Positions 38,860 to 52,000 of a stretch of DNA of 64,000 nucleotides are shown piece after piece. Origin of the DNA: Squalus acanthias (lineage: Eukaryota); the NCBI GenBank assembly GCA_030390025.1, contig CM059433.1, positions 26,290,001 through 26,354,000 of the forward strand, given 5' to 3'. Within the stretch, counting starts at the first letter, position 1; each line of letters starts with the position of its first letter. The notes beneath the pieces are model-generated. The model was not told where the DNA came from. It worked only from the letters and a program-made list of their open reading frames with translations, and did no database searches. The position numbers and the translations under genes are program-made.

Positions 38860-39235
38860 AAAAGCGTGGCACACCTAGACACTGCGCATGCGCGGCTCTG
38901 GTATCCCATGAGTCAGCGTTGAACGCTGAAAGGCGAAGAATCAGAGCGCGGGGGATTCTCCCGCTGTCCAGATGAAAGGTCAAAGTTCAAGGGCGAAAAC
39001 CAAACCCCTCCCGGCGTTACACAGCAACCCATCAACCATCGGAACACACACTTCAAGAGCTGCAATTGCGATCAGCTCTGAGGTCGCAAGACTCACAAAC
39101 GAGTCTGTCTGGATTCCCGGGGCCATTGTGTATTGGGCCCCTCCCCTCCCCCGCCCCAGCTACTGTCCAGCTCTCTGCGCGGCGGCATTTCAAATCAACT
39201 GCACGCGAGCTTAGGGATCGCTGCGCGCTGTGCAC
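38860..39235. promoter_or_regulatory. CpG-rich, non-TE-like segment with NRF1-type motif (candidate promoter/enhancer)
   Basis: TGCGCATGCGC at 38883-38893, GC-box-like cccctccccgccccc near 39145, and locally high CpG content that continues at 37690-37880 across the satellite. Confidence 0.4.
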
Positions 39236-39854
39236 CTGCACACCTTAGAGGGAACAGTGGCAGTGACCCCAGGAGACAATGGATTGGCTGAGGATAGAGA
39301 TACATATCTGGGTACATCTTTCAAGGACCTCTCTTGCATTCCTGGCTACGATACAAGATTTAGCTCTCACCTCTGGCCTCTAATTTTTTTCTTCTCTCAA
39401 TTTTTTTCCCCCAACCCCCCACCCCTCACGTTATCATCTAAGCGATCTTTGCTTGTTTCTTATATACAGTGTCTTAGATGATCTTTCTTCTCACAGCATC
39501 CTCTCTGTGCTGAAATCAAGGGCTCAATTTTAACCTCCAGCTGATTTCGGGTGGGCGCGGGGGGTGGGGAGGCGGGGAGGGGTAGGACGAGTGTAAAATG
39601 CATTTGCAGGCCTAAGTTTGAGGCCTGGCATACTTTAATGCCTGGGCCTCATCTCCATGCTACTGCTCAGTCGCCCTCCAAAAACGTACAGAAAGCGGCA
39701 TCTGGCTGATGGGTGGCAACAGAAGTTCAGACAGCCAGAGGAAGGTTTACGGGAAGCAGGTAAGTGGAAGGGAGTTTTGGGAAGATCCCGCAGGATGGAA
39801 GGGAGGGCAAGTCCGAGGCAGGGGAGGTCTACTCCTGAGGTCCCCACCAACACA

Positions 39855-41122
39855 GAAGCCAGTCTTCAGTCAATTTGATTCACTCCACGTGATATCAAGA
39901 AACGGCTGAGCGCACTGGATACAACAAAGTCTATGGGCCCTGACAACATTCCGGCTATCGTGCCGCAGACTTGTGCTCCAGAATTAGCCATGCCTCTAGC
40001 CAAGCAGTTCCAATACAGCTACAACACTGGCATCTATCCAACAATGTGAAAAACTGCCCAGGTATGTCCTGTCCACAAAAAGCAGGGCAAATCCAATCCA
40101 GCCAATTACCGCCCCATCAGTCTACTCTCAATCATCAGCAAAGTAATGGAAGGTGTCATCGACAGTGCTATTAAGCGGCACTTACTCACCAATAACCTGC
40201 TCACTGATGCCCAGTTTGGGTTCCACCAAGACCACTCGGCTCCCGACCTCATTACAGCCTTGGTCCAAACATGGACAAAGGAGCTGAATTCCAGAGGTGG
40301 GTTAGAGTGACTGCCCTTTACATCAAGGCAGCATTTGACCTAGTGTGGCATCAAGGAGCCCCAGTAAAACTGAAGTCAATGGGAATCGGGGGGAAAACTC
40401 TCCACTGGCTGGAGTCATACCTAGCACAAAGGAAGATGGTTGTGTGGTTGAAGGTCAATCATCACAGCCCCAGGACATTGCTGCAGGAGTTCCTCAGGGC
40501 AGTGTCCTAGGCCCAACCATCTTCAGCTGCTTCATCAAAGACCTTCCCTCCAACATAAGGTCAGAAATGGGGATGTTCGCTGATGACTGCACAGTGCTCA
40601 GTGCCATTCACAACTCCTCAGATAATGAAGCAGTCCATGCCCGCATTCAACAAGACCTGGACGACGTTCAGGCTTGGGCTGATAAGTGGCAGGTAAAATT
40701 CGTGCCACAGAAGTGCCAGGCAATGACTATCACCAACAAGCGAGAGTCTAACCACCGCCTTTTGACATTCAACGGCATTACCATCGCTGAATCCCCCATC
40801 ATCAACATCCTGGGGATCACCATTGACCAGAAACTTAACTGGACCAGCTACATAAATACTGTGGCAACAAGAGCAGGTCAGAGGCTAGGTATTCTGCAGC
40901 GAGTGTCTCACCTCCTGACTCCCCAAAGCCTTTCTACCATCTACAAGGCACAAGTCAGGAGTGTGATGGAATACTCTCCACTTGCCTGGATGAGTACAGC
41001 TCCAACAACACTCAAGAAGCTCGACACCATCCAGGACAAAGCAGCCCGCTTGATTGGCACCCCATCTACCACCTTAAACATTCACTCCGTCCACCACCGG
41101 CATACCGTGGCTGCAGTGTGTA
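39855..41122 (+). mobile_element. Internal RT fragment of a second LINE family (CR1/L2-clade-like), frameshifted
   Basis: GPDNIP, NYRPISLLS, QFGF, PQGSVLGP, FADD and YKAQVRSVMEY. Divergent from the other CR1 copies. Confidence 0.88.
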
Positions 41123-41393
41123 CCCCACTGAGGCCTGGGTTAAAATGCAATCGGGGTCCCATTGATGTAAAGAAACCTTCCTCAGCACCAATTGCCACGG
41201 TGCACTGCACCACTTCTCATCCTCACTCCTTACACGTGGCTACGTGTGTGCAGTCTACAGTGCTTTCTTGTTTCCACCTTTCACTGCAGCCAATAAGTCC
41301 ATCCTCATCTCATGTCATCTGAGCTGCTTCATTTGCACCGACTCTCAGCAGACCTCCTCAATTCACAATGTAGCCGCTATCCGTAACCAAATT

Positions 41394-42637
41394 ATATACC
41401 CACTCCTGTATATACCCACTCCTGTATATACCCACTCCTGTATATGCCCACTCCTGTATATGCCCACTCCTGTATATGCCCACTCCTGTATATGCCCACT
41501 CCTTTATATGCCCACTCCTTTATATGCCCACTCCTTTATATGCCCACTCCTTTATATGCCCACTCCTTTATATACCCACTCCTTTATATACAGGAAACTC
41601 TCTTTTAACCGGCACCCAAATAACCGGAAATCTCTCTTAACCGGCAAAATTCTTGAGTAGGTAACCGGGGTTTTCCTTCATCTCTCCTTTAAAAATAACT
41701 TTAAAAAAACCCCCGAGGCGTTTGCCTTGTATCGGAGCGTGTAGATTGGGAGGGGAATGTGCAGCCCGGGTAGGCAGCGGACACGACAGATGGTCAGCTG
41801 GCGGTCCCCGGGGAGACGGAGCTCCGAATGCAGGCGCATGTCAATGTGTACGGGGCTCTCGTACGTTGGGAGATATAACTCTCCGTTATCTGGACTTTTT
41901 GATTAACCGGCACCACGCCGGTCCCGTCGGTGCCGGTTAATAAAGAGTTTCCTGTACCCACTCCTTTATGTACCCACTCTTTTTATACCCACTCCTATAT
42001 GTACCCACTCCTATATGTACCCACTCCTATATATACCCACTCCTTTATATACCCACTCCTTTATATACCCACTCCTTTATATACCCACTCCTTTATATGC
42101 CCACTCCTTTATATGCCCACTCCTTTATATACCCAGTCCTTTATATACCCACTCCTATATGTACCCACTCCTATATGTACCCACTCCTATATATACCTAC
42201 TCCTATATATGCCCACTCCTATATATGCCCACTCCTATATATACCCACTCCTATATATACCCACTCCTATATATACCCACTCCTATATATACCCACTCCT
42301 ATATATACCCACTCCTATATATACCCACTCCTATATATACCCACTCCTAGATATGCCCACTCCTATATATGCCCACTCCTATATATACCCACTCCTTTAT
42401 ATACCCACTCCTATATATACCCACTCCTATATATACCCACTCCTATATATACCCACTCCTATATATAGCCACTCCTTTATATACCCACTCCTTTATATGC
42501 CCACTCCTATATATGCCCACTCCTATATATACCCACTCCTATATATACCCACTCCTTTATATACCCACTCCTTTATATACCCACTCCTTTATATACCCAC
42601 TCCTATATATACCCACTCCTTTATATACCCACTCCTA
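41394..42637. repeat. 16-bp minisatellite (CCCACTCCT[A/T/G]TATAT[A/G]), split by a MITE
   Basis: Arrays at 41394-41590 and 41955-42637. Confidence 0.97.
41591..41954. mobile_element. Tc1/mariner (Tigger/pogo-like) MITE, 364 bp
   Basis: TIR CAGGAAACTCT.T.TTAACCGGCAC at both ends, TSD TA. Confidence 0.9.
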
Positions 42638-45594
42638 TGACATCTGCCTGATTCTCCCTTTCACCTTATGCACTACATCCAGAGGAAGTAGAAATCCTCG
42701 CTAGCCACTCATACCGCTGGCCCACCCCTTTTGCAGAAGAAGAGAGCACAGAATTCCAAGGAGAGGGCCAGGACCACCAGATTTTGTAGAAGTGACCCTG
42801 GCAGCAGGGGATGCCCTTGAGGTAAGCAGGAGCAGCAACATCCTCAGCACTGGTGATGGCCAGGTTGTTGGATCTACAGAAGGAAGTGACTGTTTTCAAC
42901 TTACACACATACTCATGTCACACGCACCTTCAGCCTACTTCAACACATCAACCGGTATGGTTAAGTGTTTCATGTGGACAAGTACATTTTCTTACTACCA
43001 TCACTAAATCTTCACCATTTCTTCCTTCCTCCAGGGACCTAACATGAATTACATGAACACCAGCTCTCAGAGAAAGAAGTCTCCTTGGAGGAACTCATCC
43101 CTCCTGAGGACGCACCGTCACACTATGCATGCAGGTGGAAACATGGGTGGGATATTGGACTGGCGTAAGATGAAGGCACATACCTGCATGAACCTCTTCT
43201 TGTGCTTGTTCATGAGTTGTACGTGGATGAAGTGGAAGCCCTTGCGGTTAACAAAGGCTCCTGGCTGGTCGGAGGGTGCAGTCTACGACAACCGGCACTT
43301 GTGGAAAGCCAGCCAGAGCTGCAAACCCCAATGTTCTCTCCATCTCACTGCTATCATCAGTTGGGAAGGAGATATATCGACTCACCCTCGCAAATGATGT
43401 ATCGGTCACCTGCATGATACATTTGTGGGTGGCCGACTGCGACAACCTCAATATGTGCCCTGTGGCAGCCTGAAAGGATCCAGAGGCGTAAAGGTTGAAG
43501 GCAGTGATCACTTTCCCTGCCACTGGCATGGCATGGTGACCAGTTCTTCTTTGAGGAGGCTGTGGAGGTCCGTGACCACCTGCCTTGACAATCGGAGCCT
43601 CCTGAAGCACTGCTCCTCAGACAGGTCAAGGAGCTGAGCCTCTGTCTGTACATCCCGTGAGGTGAGTAAGGCCTTCTGCGAGCCTGTCCCCTCTGTTGCT
43701 GTCTTCTCTATGGCCCTCCTGCAGCTCCTTCTTCAGCACGCCCTTGCACCTGGTGCTCCTCCTCCTCCTCCTCCTCTTCACTCCAATAGAGTGAAGCTCG
43801 AGCAGCACCCATAATCAAATTGTCCTTTTTCTAACAGAATATCAAAATCACATTCCAAAGCAAACTGCTCACAGAATCACAGCCCACAATGAACCGAAAG
43901 AGCACCTGTGAGTGCAGCAGCTTGATTCAGAACGGATCTCCTTTAGTTTCAGCACACTGATCATGTAGCACCCAATCCCACCAGGGTTCCCCTGACGACC
44001 TTGCGACCTGCGTGAAACCCGTGCCACACTCGCTAAAATCACATCAAGATCCTAATTGCATCACAGGACCCTGATTTACATATATTCATGAGCTTCCCGC
44101 CTCTCTACAGTGGGAGACTCCTCGACCCCGATACTCGGTAATATAGCAACAGCCAGGAAAGCGGTGGGTTAGGGATGGGATCTGCATTTCCGGGATTTTA
44201 ACCCCTCGACCTGACCCGCTAGGTTAAAATCTCCCATGTCGCTGCGACTTTGCCAAACAACCTTATTGTAAGGAATGCTGAGGTCGCCACATGTGCACTC
44301 ACTGCAGCTGAAGCATTTGGTAAGACTATGGAATTTGTCAAACCTTCAATGTTGTAACAATAATTAAATAATTTTTTGTCACTTTGTCCATATTATATGT
44401 TGATTAACTTGTACTTTTCAGATTTCAGCTTTCCCACTTCTATTTTCTCTGTGGCAAAAAGGATTTATATCCCAGCTTAATAAGGTTTCCCATCTGAGGT
44501 ACTTTGTGGTTGAGGAGCTTAGCATGTGTGACACACTTTTTTGTTCGGGATCTCTTTTGTTAAGCAGCAGGATGAAAGTCGTTGGCACTCGAAGAACAAC
44601 TGGCATTTCACTCACCTTGCACTTCCTGGTTTACTTAATTCAAGAATTCGCTGCTGAGCCAAATAAGCCTTAGGCTTCAGCTTTGAATTGTCGCAAAGCA
44701 ATCCATGAGTTGTTCCTCATCTTTCTGCTGGTGTGTGAGAGCTTCAGATCACATTCATGGGCCGATTTTCCTCTCCCCTGTACCTGGAATTAGGCCAATC
44801 TGCCCGTATTTCCAGTATGGCTAATCAGCATGGAGAGCCATCCATTCTGGGGATGCAATTAATCAGATTGAGGGCAGCACCCTGGGTGATCTACAGGTGA
44901 GCAAGTGCAGGGAGAGGTGGTGGAGGAGGAGGAAGAATCACATCGGAACATCGGAATTATTAGACGCAAAAAGACCAAAGTCCATTTCATTTGCCTTCTG
45001 CCATCCTGCTAGTCGCTTGATGCAATGATAATGGAGTTGTTGACTAATCATAGCAATCAATCTCTATCAATTATTCTACAACAGACCCAGATATGAAGCG
45101 AGGAAAACCTGGTGGACAGCTTTGGGAACCACAGGTCCAAAGTCACCTGTTCCTCCCAAGCATGCTACACTTACCATGTCATGTCTCAAATTACTCATAT
45201 ACTGTATCCTAAAATACTGTATATGACCTCACCAGGTCACCTCCCTCCCCAGCTACTGAGGCAACAGATCCAGTCTCCAGTCTCCAGCTTTTAAAAGGAG
45301 GTTGTTTTCAGAGCATGAAAGGTTCTTTGATTTATTTGAGCATGTACCCAGGAGCTTTCAACACATGGCACCATGCATGGACGAGGTGATAACCTGTATA
45401 TGTGGGTACCCAGGCATGGCATGGAATGCATGCAGTAAGCCTTGGAGGGATTGGCAATCCCAGGGCCAGCTGCAGCAAACTCACTCACAACAGACTCTTA
45501 TGAATGTTGAGACAGCTGCTATATAGGCCTTGGGCGGCCAATCTGACCTCCTCATTGGGCAGGGTAGCTGATGAGCTTGCCCGAATGACGCACG

Positions 45595-45826
45595 AGAGTG
45601 GTTAGAATATGGAACTCGCTACTGCAAGGAGTAGTTGAGGAGAACAGCATAGATGCATTTAAGGGGAAGCTAGATAAACATATGATGGAGAAAGGAATAG
45701 AGGGTTATGCTGTTAGAGTTTGATGAAGAGGGGTGGGAGGAGGCTCGTGTGGAGCATGAACATGACATGGACCAGTTGGGCTGAATGGACTGTTTCTGTG
45801 CTGTACATTCCATGTAATTCTATGTA
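45595..45826 (+). mobile_element. CR1 3' end fragment
   Basis: RVVRIWNSL..FKGKLDK plus 3' UTR and tail. Confidence 0.8.
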
Positions 45827-46013
45827 ACTTGTGACCTTGACCAGACAGTCAAGATTGTATTGTATCTGGAGATAGCATCAAAGCCTTAGCCAGGTCAAAC
45901 AACTACAAATCCCTGTTCTGATTTCTCTTGCAGCTGGTGTGCCACAAAAAATTTATTGATCATATTGTACTTCAAATAAAACCCACATTGAGGCCTCGAT
46001 ATTTACAATATAG

Positions 46014-46805
46014 TGGCAGCGGCGAGAGGATAAAGAGCGGCCCGAGAGCGGACCTGAATTAATACCAGCGGCAGCGGCGAGAGGATAAAGAGCGGCCCGA
46101 GAACGGACCTGAATTAAAGCAGCGGCAGCGGCGAGAGGATAAAGAGCGGCCCGAGAGTGGACCTGAATTAATACCAGCGGCAAGCGGCCCGAGAGCGGAC
46201 CTGAATTAAAGCAGCGGCAGTGGCAAAAGGATAAAGAGCGGCCCGAGAACGGACCTGAATTAAAGCAGCGGCAGCAGCGAAAGGATAAAGAGCGGCCCGA
46301 GAGCGGACCTGAATTAATACGAGCGGCAAGAGGATAAAGAGCGGCCCGAGAGCGGAGATGAATTAAAGCAGCGGCAGCAGCGAGAGGATAAAGAGCGGCC
46401 CGAGAACGGACCTGAATTAATACCAGCGGCAAGAGGATAAAGAGCGGCCCGAGAGCGGAGATGAATTAAAGCAGCGGCAGCGGCGAGAGGATAAAGAGCG
46501 TCCCGAGAGCGGAGATGAATTAAAGCAGCGGCAAGAGGATAAAGAGCGTCCCGAGAGCGGAGATGAATGAAAGCAGCGGCAGCAGCGAGAGGATAAAGAG
46601 CGGCCCGAGAGAGGACCTGAATTAAAGCAGCGGCAGCAGCGAGAGGATAAAGAGTGGCGCGAGAGCGGAGCTGAATTAAAGCAGCGGCAGCGGCGAGAGG
46701 ATAAAGAGCGGCCCGAGATCAGACCTGAATTAAAGCAGCGGCAGCGGCGAGAGGATAAAGAGCAGCCCGAGAGCGGACCTGAATTAAAGCAGCGGCAGCA
46801 GCGAG
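46014..46805 (+). repeat. ~54-bp GC-rich tandem array (about 15 units) at the CR1 5' end
   Basis: Unit GCGGCAGCGGCGAGAGGATAAAGAGCGGCCCGAGAGCGGACCTGAATTAAAGCA, with some shortened units. Confidence 0.95.
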
Positions 46806-49022
46806 GCTCTGATTCAAAAACAACAACAAAAAAATTAAAGAGTGACGTTACAGGAAAGCAGGTAGGTGATTGGTTGCCGAGTATTACAGCTTTTTTTGCC
46901 CTCTAAGTTAGGGAACAGGGTTAAATTAAGAGCTGAGAAACTGCAACTTGCTAGTTCTTATTAAATTCATAAACTAAACTAGATAAAACATCATACAATA
47001 AAACTAAAATATCGATTGAATAAAAGCTTTAACTAATTAATTAATAAATAAAACAAGGTTAGAGATGGCAGTGCATGTTGTGTGTTGTAACTGCAGCATG
47101 TGGGAGTTTGTGGAGAGCATCGCGATCCCGAGCAACCACATCTGCAGTAAATGTCTGCAACTCGAGTAACTTCGGCTCAGAGTTGTTGAGCTGGAGTACG
47201 AGCTGCAGACATTGCGATGCATCAGGGAGGGGGAGAGTTACCTGGACACTTTGTTCCAGGAGGCAGTCACACCCTTTAGGTTAAGTAGTACTTTAGAGTT
47301 CGTCAGTGGTCAGGGACAGGAGGGTGTGACTGCGAGTCAGGACGGTATGGGGACCCAGGATGTAGTAATGGAGGAGTCTCAGCCCTAGACCTTGTCCAAC
47401 AGGTAGGAGGTACTTGCTACCTTATGCATGAGGAAAAGGACTGCAGGGAGGATGGGAAAACTGACCACGGCACCATAGTACAAGGGGCCAGCCAAGTGGG
47501 GGGAGAAGGAAGGAATGTGGTAGTGGTAGGGGACAGTATAGTCAGGGGGATAGACACTGTTCTCTGCAGCCGCGAAAGAGAGCCCTGAAGGCTGTGTTGC
47601 CTGCCCAGTGCCAGAGTTAAGGATATCCCCTCACGGCTAGAGAAGAACTTGGAGTGGGAGGATCCAGTTGTCGTGGTCTATGTAGGAACCAACGACATAG
47701 GTAGAACTAAGAATGAGGTTCTGCTGAGGGAGTTTGAGGAGCTAGGGTCTAAATTAAAAAGCAGAAGCTCAAGGGAAATAATCTCTGGATTACTACCTGA
47801 GCCATGCGCCAATTGGCATAGGGTCAAGCAGATCAGAGAGTTAAATGCGTGGCTCAAAGAGTGGTGTAGGGAAGAAGGAATTTCAATTCAAGGGGCACTG
47901 GCACTAGTACTGGGGAAAGAGGGAGCTGTTCCGTCGAGACAGGCTCCACTTAAACCGGGCTGGGACCTCGATAAATCCTCGGCAAATCGAATAACTAGGG
48001 CTGTAGGGCTTTAAACTAAAAAAGGGGGGGAGGGGCCAGTTGAGGGGAAATTTAAAAATCCAAAGAGAAAGGTCAAGGCAATAGAGCAATGTAGCGATTT
48101 GGGTAAAAATAAGCAGAGTGTGACAGGAAGGGACGTTTAGTTTAACGGTAGCAGTGCAGCAGAGAATAATGGTAAAAAATTTAAATTAAAGGCTTTTTAT
48201 CTGAATGCACGAAGCATTCATAACAAGATTGAAGAACTAGTGTCACAATTGAGATAAATGGGTTTGATCTAATAGCCCTTACAGAGACGTGGTTGCAAGG
48301 TGACCAAAGTTGGGAACGAAATGTTCCAGGGTACTTGACGTTTCGAAAAGACAGGCAAAATGGAAAAGGAGGGGGGGGCGGTACCCCTGATAATAAAGTA
48401 TGACATAAAGACAGTAGAGAGAAAAGATCTTGGCTCGGAAGATCAGGAAGTAGAATCAGTATGGGTGGAGATAAGGAATAACAAGGGGCAGAAAACATTG
48501 GTGGGAGTAGTATATAGGCCCCCTAACAGTAGCTATACTGTTGGACAGAATATTAATCAACAAATAGTAGGAGCTTGTAACAAAGGTAATGCAATAATCG
48601 TGGGGGATTTTAATCTTCATATAGACTGGACAAATCAAATTGGCAAAGGTAGTCTGGAGGACGAGTTCATGGAATGCACTCGGGACAGTTTCCTGGAACA
48701 ATACGTCATGGAACCAACCAGGGAACAGGCTATTTTAGATCTTGTATTGTGTAATGAGACAGGGTTAATTAGCAACCTCATATTAAAGGATCCTTTGGGG
48801 CAGAGTGATCATAATATGATAGAATTTCACGTTAATTTTGAGAGTGACTTGCCTAATCCAAAACTAGAATCTTAAACTTAAATAAAGCCAATTACATAGG
48901 TATGAGGGGAGAGCTGGCTCGGTTGATTAAAAAAATATATTAAAAGGTGTGGCGGCAGAAAAGTAGTGGCTAGCATTTAAAGAAATATTTCATAATTCTC
49001 AACAAAAATACATTCCATTGAG

Positions 49023-52000
49023 CAGGGCGGGAAAAAGAGTGGTAGGGCTATAGTGATAGGGGACTCAATTGTAAGGGGAATAGACAGGAGTTTCTGTGGC
49101 CGCAACCGAGATTCCAGGATGGTATGTTGCCTCCCTGGTGCAAGGGTCAAGGATGTCTCGGAGCAGCTGCAGAACATTCTGAAGAGGGAGGGTGAACAGC
49201 CAGCTGTCGTGGTGCATGTAGGTACCAACGATATAGGTAAAAAGCGGGAAGAGGTCCTACAAGCAGAATTTAGGGAGCTAGGAGCTAAATTAAAAAGTAG
49301 GACCTCTAAGGTAGTAATCTCTGGATTGCTACCAGGGCCACGTGCTAATCAGAATAGAGAGAACAGGATAGTGAGATTGAATACGTGGCTTGAGCAGTGG
49401 TGCAGGAGGGAGGGATTCAAATTCCTGAGGCATTGGAACCAGTTCTGGGGGAAGTGGGACCTGTACAAAAGGGACGGTCTGCACTTGGGCAGGACTGGAA
49501 CCGATGTCCTTGGGGTAATATTTGCTAAAGCAGTTCGGGAGGATTTAAACTAATATGGCAGGGGAATGGGAACCTATGTAGCGAAACAGGGGGAAGTAAT
49601 ATGCAGTCAGAAACAAATGTTAGAAGGGTGAGAAACAATAGGGGAAGGCCGAGTAAACAAAGGCAAGAAACACAAAGGGCCATACTAAATCATAAGTCTA
49701 AAAGGACAAAGGATGTTAATAAAACAAGCCTAAAGGCTCTGTGTCTTAATGCAAGGAGTATCCGTAATAAGGTGGATGAATTGACTGTGCAAATAGATGT
49801 TAACGGATACGATGTGATTGGGATTACAGAGACGTGGCTCCAGAACAATCAAGGCTGGGAACTGAACATCCAGGGGTATTCAACATTCAGAAAGGATAGA
49901 ATAAAAGGAAAAGGGGGTGGGGTAGCATTGCTGGTTAAAGAGGAGATTAATGCAATAGCTAGGAAGGACATCAGCTTGGAGGATGTGGAATCAATATGGG
50001 TTCAGCTGCAGAACACCAAAGGGCAGAAAACGTTAGTGGGAGTTGTGTACAGACCTCCAAACAGCAGTAGTGAGGTGGGGGAGGGTATGAAACAGGAAAT
50101 CAGAGGTGCGTGCAAAAAAGGCACGGCAGTTATCATGGGTGACTTTAATATGCATATAGATTGGGCTACTCAAACTGGAAGCAATACGGTGGAGGAGGAT
50201 TTCCTGGAGTGTTTAAGGGATGGTTTCCTAAACCAATATGTTGAGGAACCAACTCGAGGGGAGGCCATCCTGGACTGGGTGTTGTGTAATGAGGAAGGAC
50301 TAATCAGCAATCTTGTGGTACGAGGCCCCCTGGGGAAGAGTGACCATAGTATGGTGGCGTTCTACATTAGGATGGAGAAGGAAACAGTTAAGTCAGAGAC
50401 CATGGTCCAGAACTTAAATAAGGGCAACTTTGAGGGTATGAGGCGTGAATTGGCGAGGTTAAATTGGCAAGCGATATTTAAGGGGCTATCAGTGGAAGGG
50501 CAATGGCAGACATTTAGAGATCGCATGGATGAACTACAACAATTGTACATCCCGGTCTGGCGTAAAAATAAAAAAGGGAAGGTGGCTCAACCATGGCTAA
50601 CAAGGGAAATCAGGGATAGTATTAAAACCAAGGAAGTTGCATACAAATTGGCCAGAAGTAGCAGCAAACCCGGGGACTGGGAGAACTTCAAAACTCAGCA
50701 GAGGAGGACGAAGGGTTTGATTAGGGCAGGGAAAATAAAATATGAAAGGAAGCTTGCAGAGAACATTAAAATGGACTGCAAAAGCTTCTATAAATATGTA
50801 AAAAGAAAGAGGTTAGTAAAAACAAACGTAGGTCCCCTGCAGTCGGAAACAGGGGAAGTCGTAATGGGGAACAAGGAAATGGCTGATCAATTGAACAAGT
50901 ACTTTGGTTCGGTGTTTACTGTGGAGGACACACACAACCTGCCGGAAATAAAAGGGGTCAGAGGATCTGGTAAGAGGGAGGAGCTGAGGGAAATCCTTAT
51001 TAGTCGGGAAAAGGTATTGGGGAAATTGATGGGACTGAAGGCTGAAAAATCCCCGGGGCCTGATGGTCTGCATCCCAGAGTACTTAAGGAGGTGGCCTTG
51101 GAAATAGTGGATGCATTGACGATCATTTTCCAACATTCCTTAGACTCTGGATCAGTTCCGATGGAGTGGAGGGTGGCCAATGTAACCACTCTTTTTAAAA
51201 AAGGAGGGAGGGAGAAAGCAGGGAATTATAGACCGGTCAGCCTGACATCGGTCGTGGGTAAAATGATGGAAGCAATTATTAAAGATGTCATAACAGACCA
51301 TTTGGAAAGTGGCGACATGATAGGTCCAAGTCAGCATGGATCTGTGAAAGGGAAATCATGCTTGACAAATCTTCTGGAATTTTTTGAGGATGTTTCCAAT
51401 AGGGTGGACAGGGGGGAACCAGTAGATGTGGTGTATTTGGACTTTCAGAAGGCCTTCGACAAGGTCCCACACAAGAGATTGGTGAGCAAAGTTAAAGCAC
51501 ATGGGATTGGGGGTAATGTGTTGACGTGGATTGAGAACTGGTTGGCACACAGGAAACAAAGAGTAGGAGTAAATGGGTACTTTTCAGAATGGCAGGCAGT
51601 GACCAGCGGGGTACCGCAGGGTTCGGTGCTGGGACCCCAGCTGTTTACATTATATATTAATGATTTGGACGAAGGGATTAAATGTAATATCTCCAAATTT
51701 GCGGATGACACTAAATTGGGAGGCAGTGTGAACAATGAGGAGGATGCTAGGAGGCTACAGAGTGACTTGGACAGGTTGGGTGAATGGGCAAATGTATGGC
51801 AGATGAAGTACAATGTGGATAAATGTGAGGTTATCCACTTTGGTGGTAAAAATAGAGAGGCGGACTATTACCTGAATGGTGGCAGATTAGGGAAAGGGGA
51901 GGTGCAACAAGACCTGGGCATCATGGTACATCAGTCACTGAAGGTGGGAATGCAAGTGCAGCAGGCAGTCAAGAAAGCAAACGGAATGATGGCCTTCATA

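Larger units (their letters stand above)
41160..44236. mobile_element. Degraded Harbinger H4: Myb exon-2 remnant at ~42737 (+), transposase remnant ~43040-43810 (-)
   Basis: ttgcag|KKRAQNSKERART; AFNLYASGSFQ..SQSATHKCI..GFP; end gttaaaatctccc. Confidence 0.7.

Noticed and set aside
37742..38983. Long Ser/Leu/Pro- and Arg/Glu/Gly-rich ORFs (up to 391 aa)
   Set aside because: Open in several frames on both strands because the CT satellite lacks stop codons.
41930..42704. YPLLYIPTPIYTHS repeat proteins
   Set aside because: Translation of the 16-bp minisatellite; the same peptide appears in all three frames.
46014..46805. CRISPR-like array
   Set aside because: Head-to-tail units with no unique spacers, no cas genes and a eukaryotic context. 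The same applies to 60137-60352.
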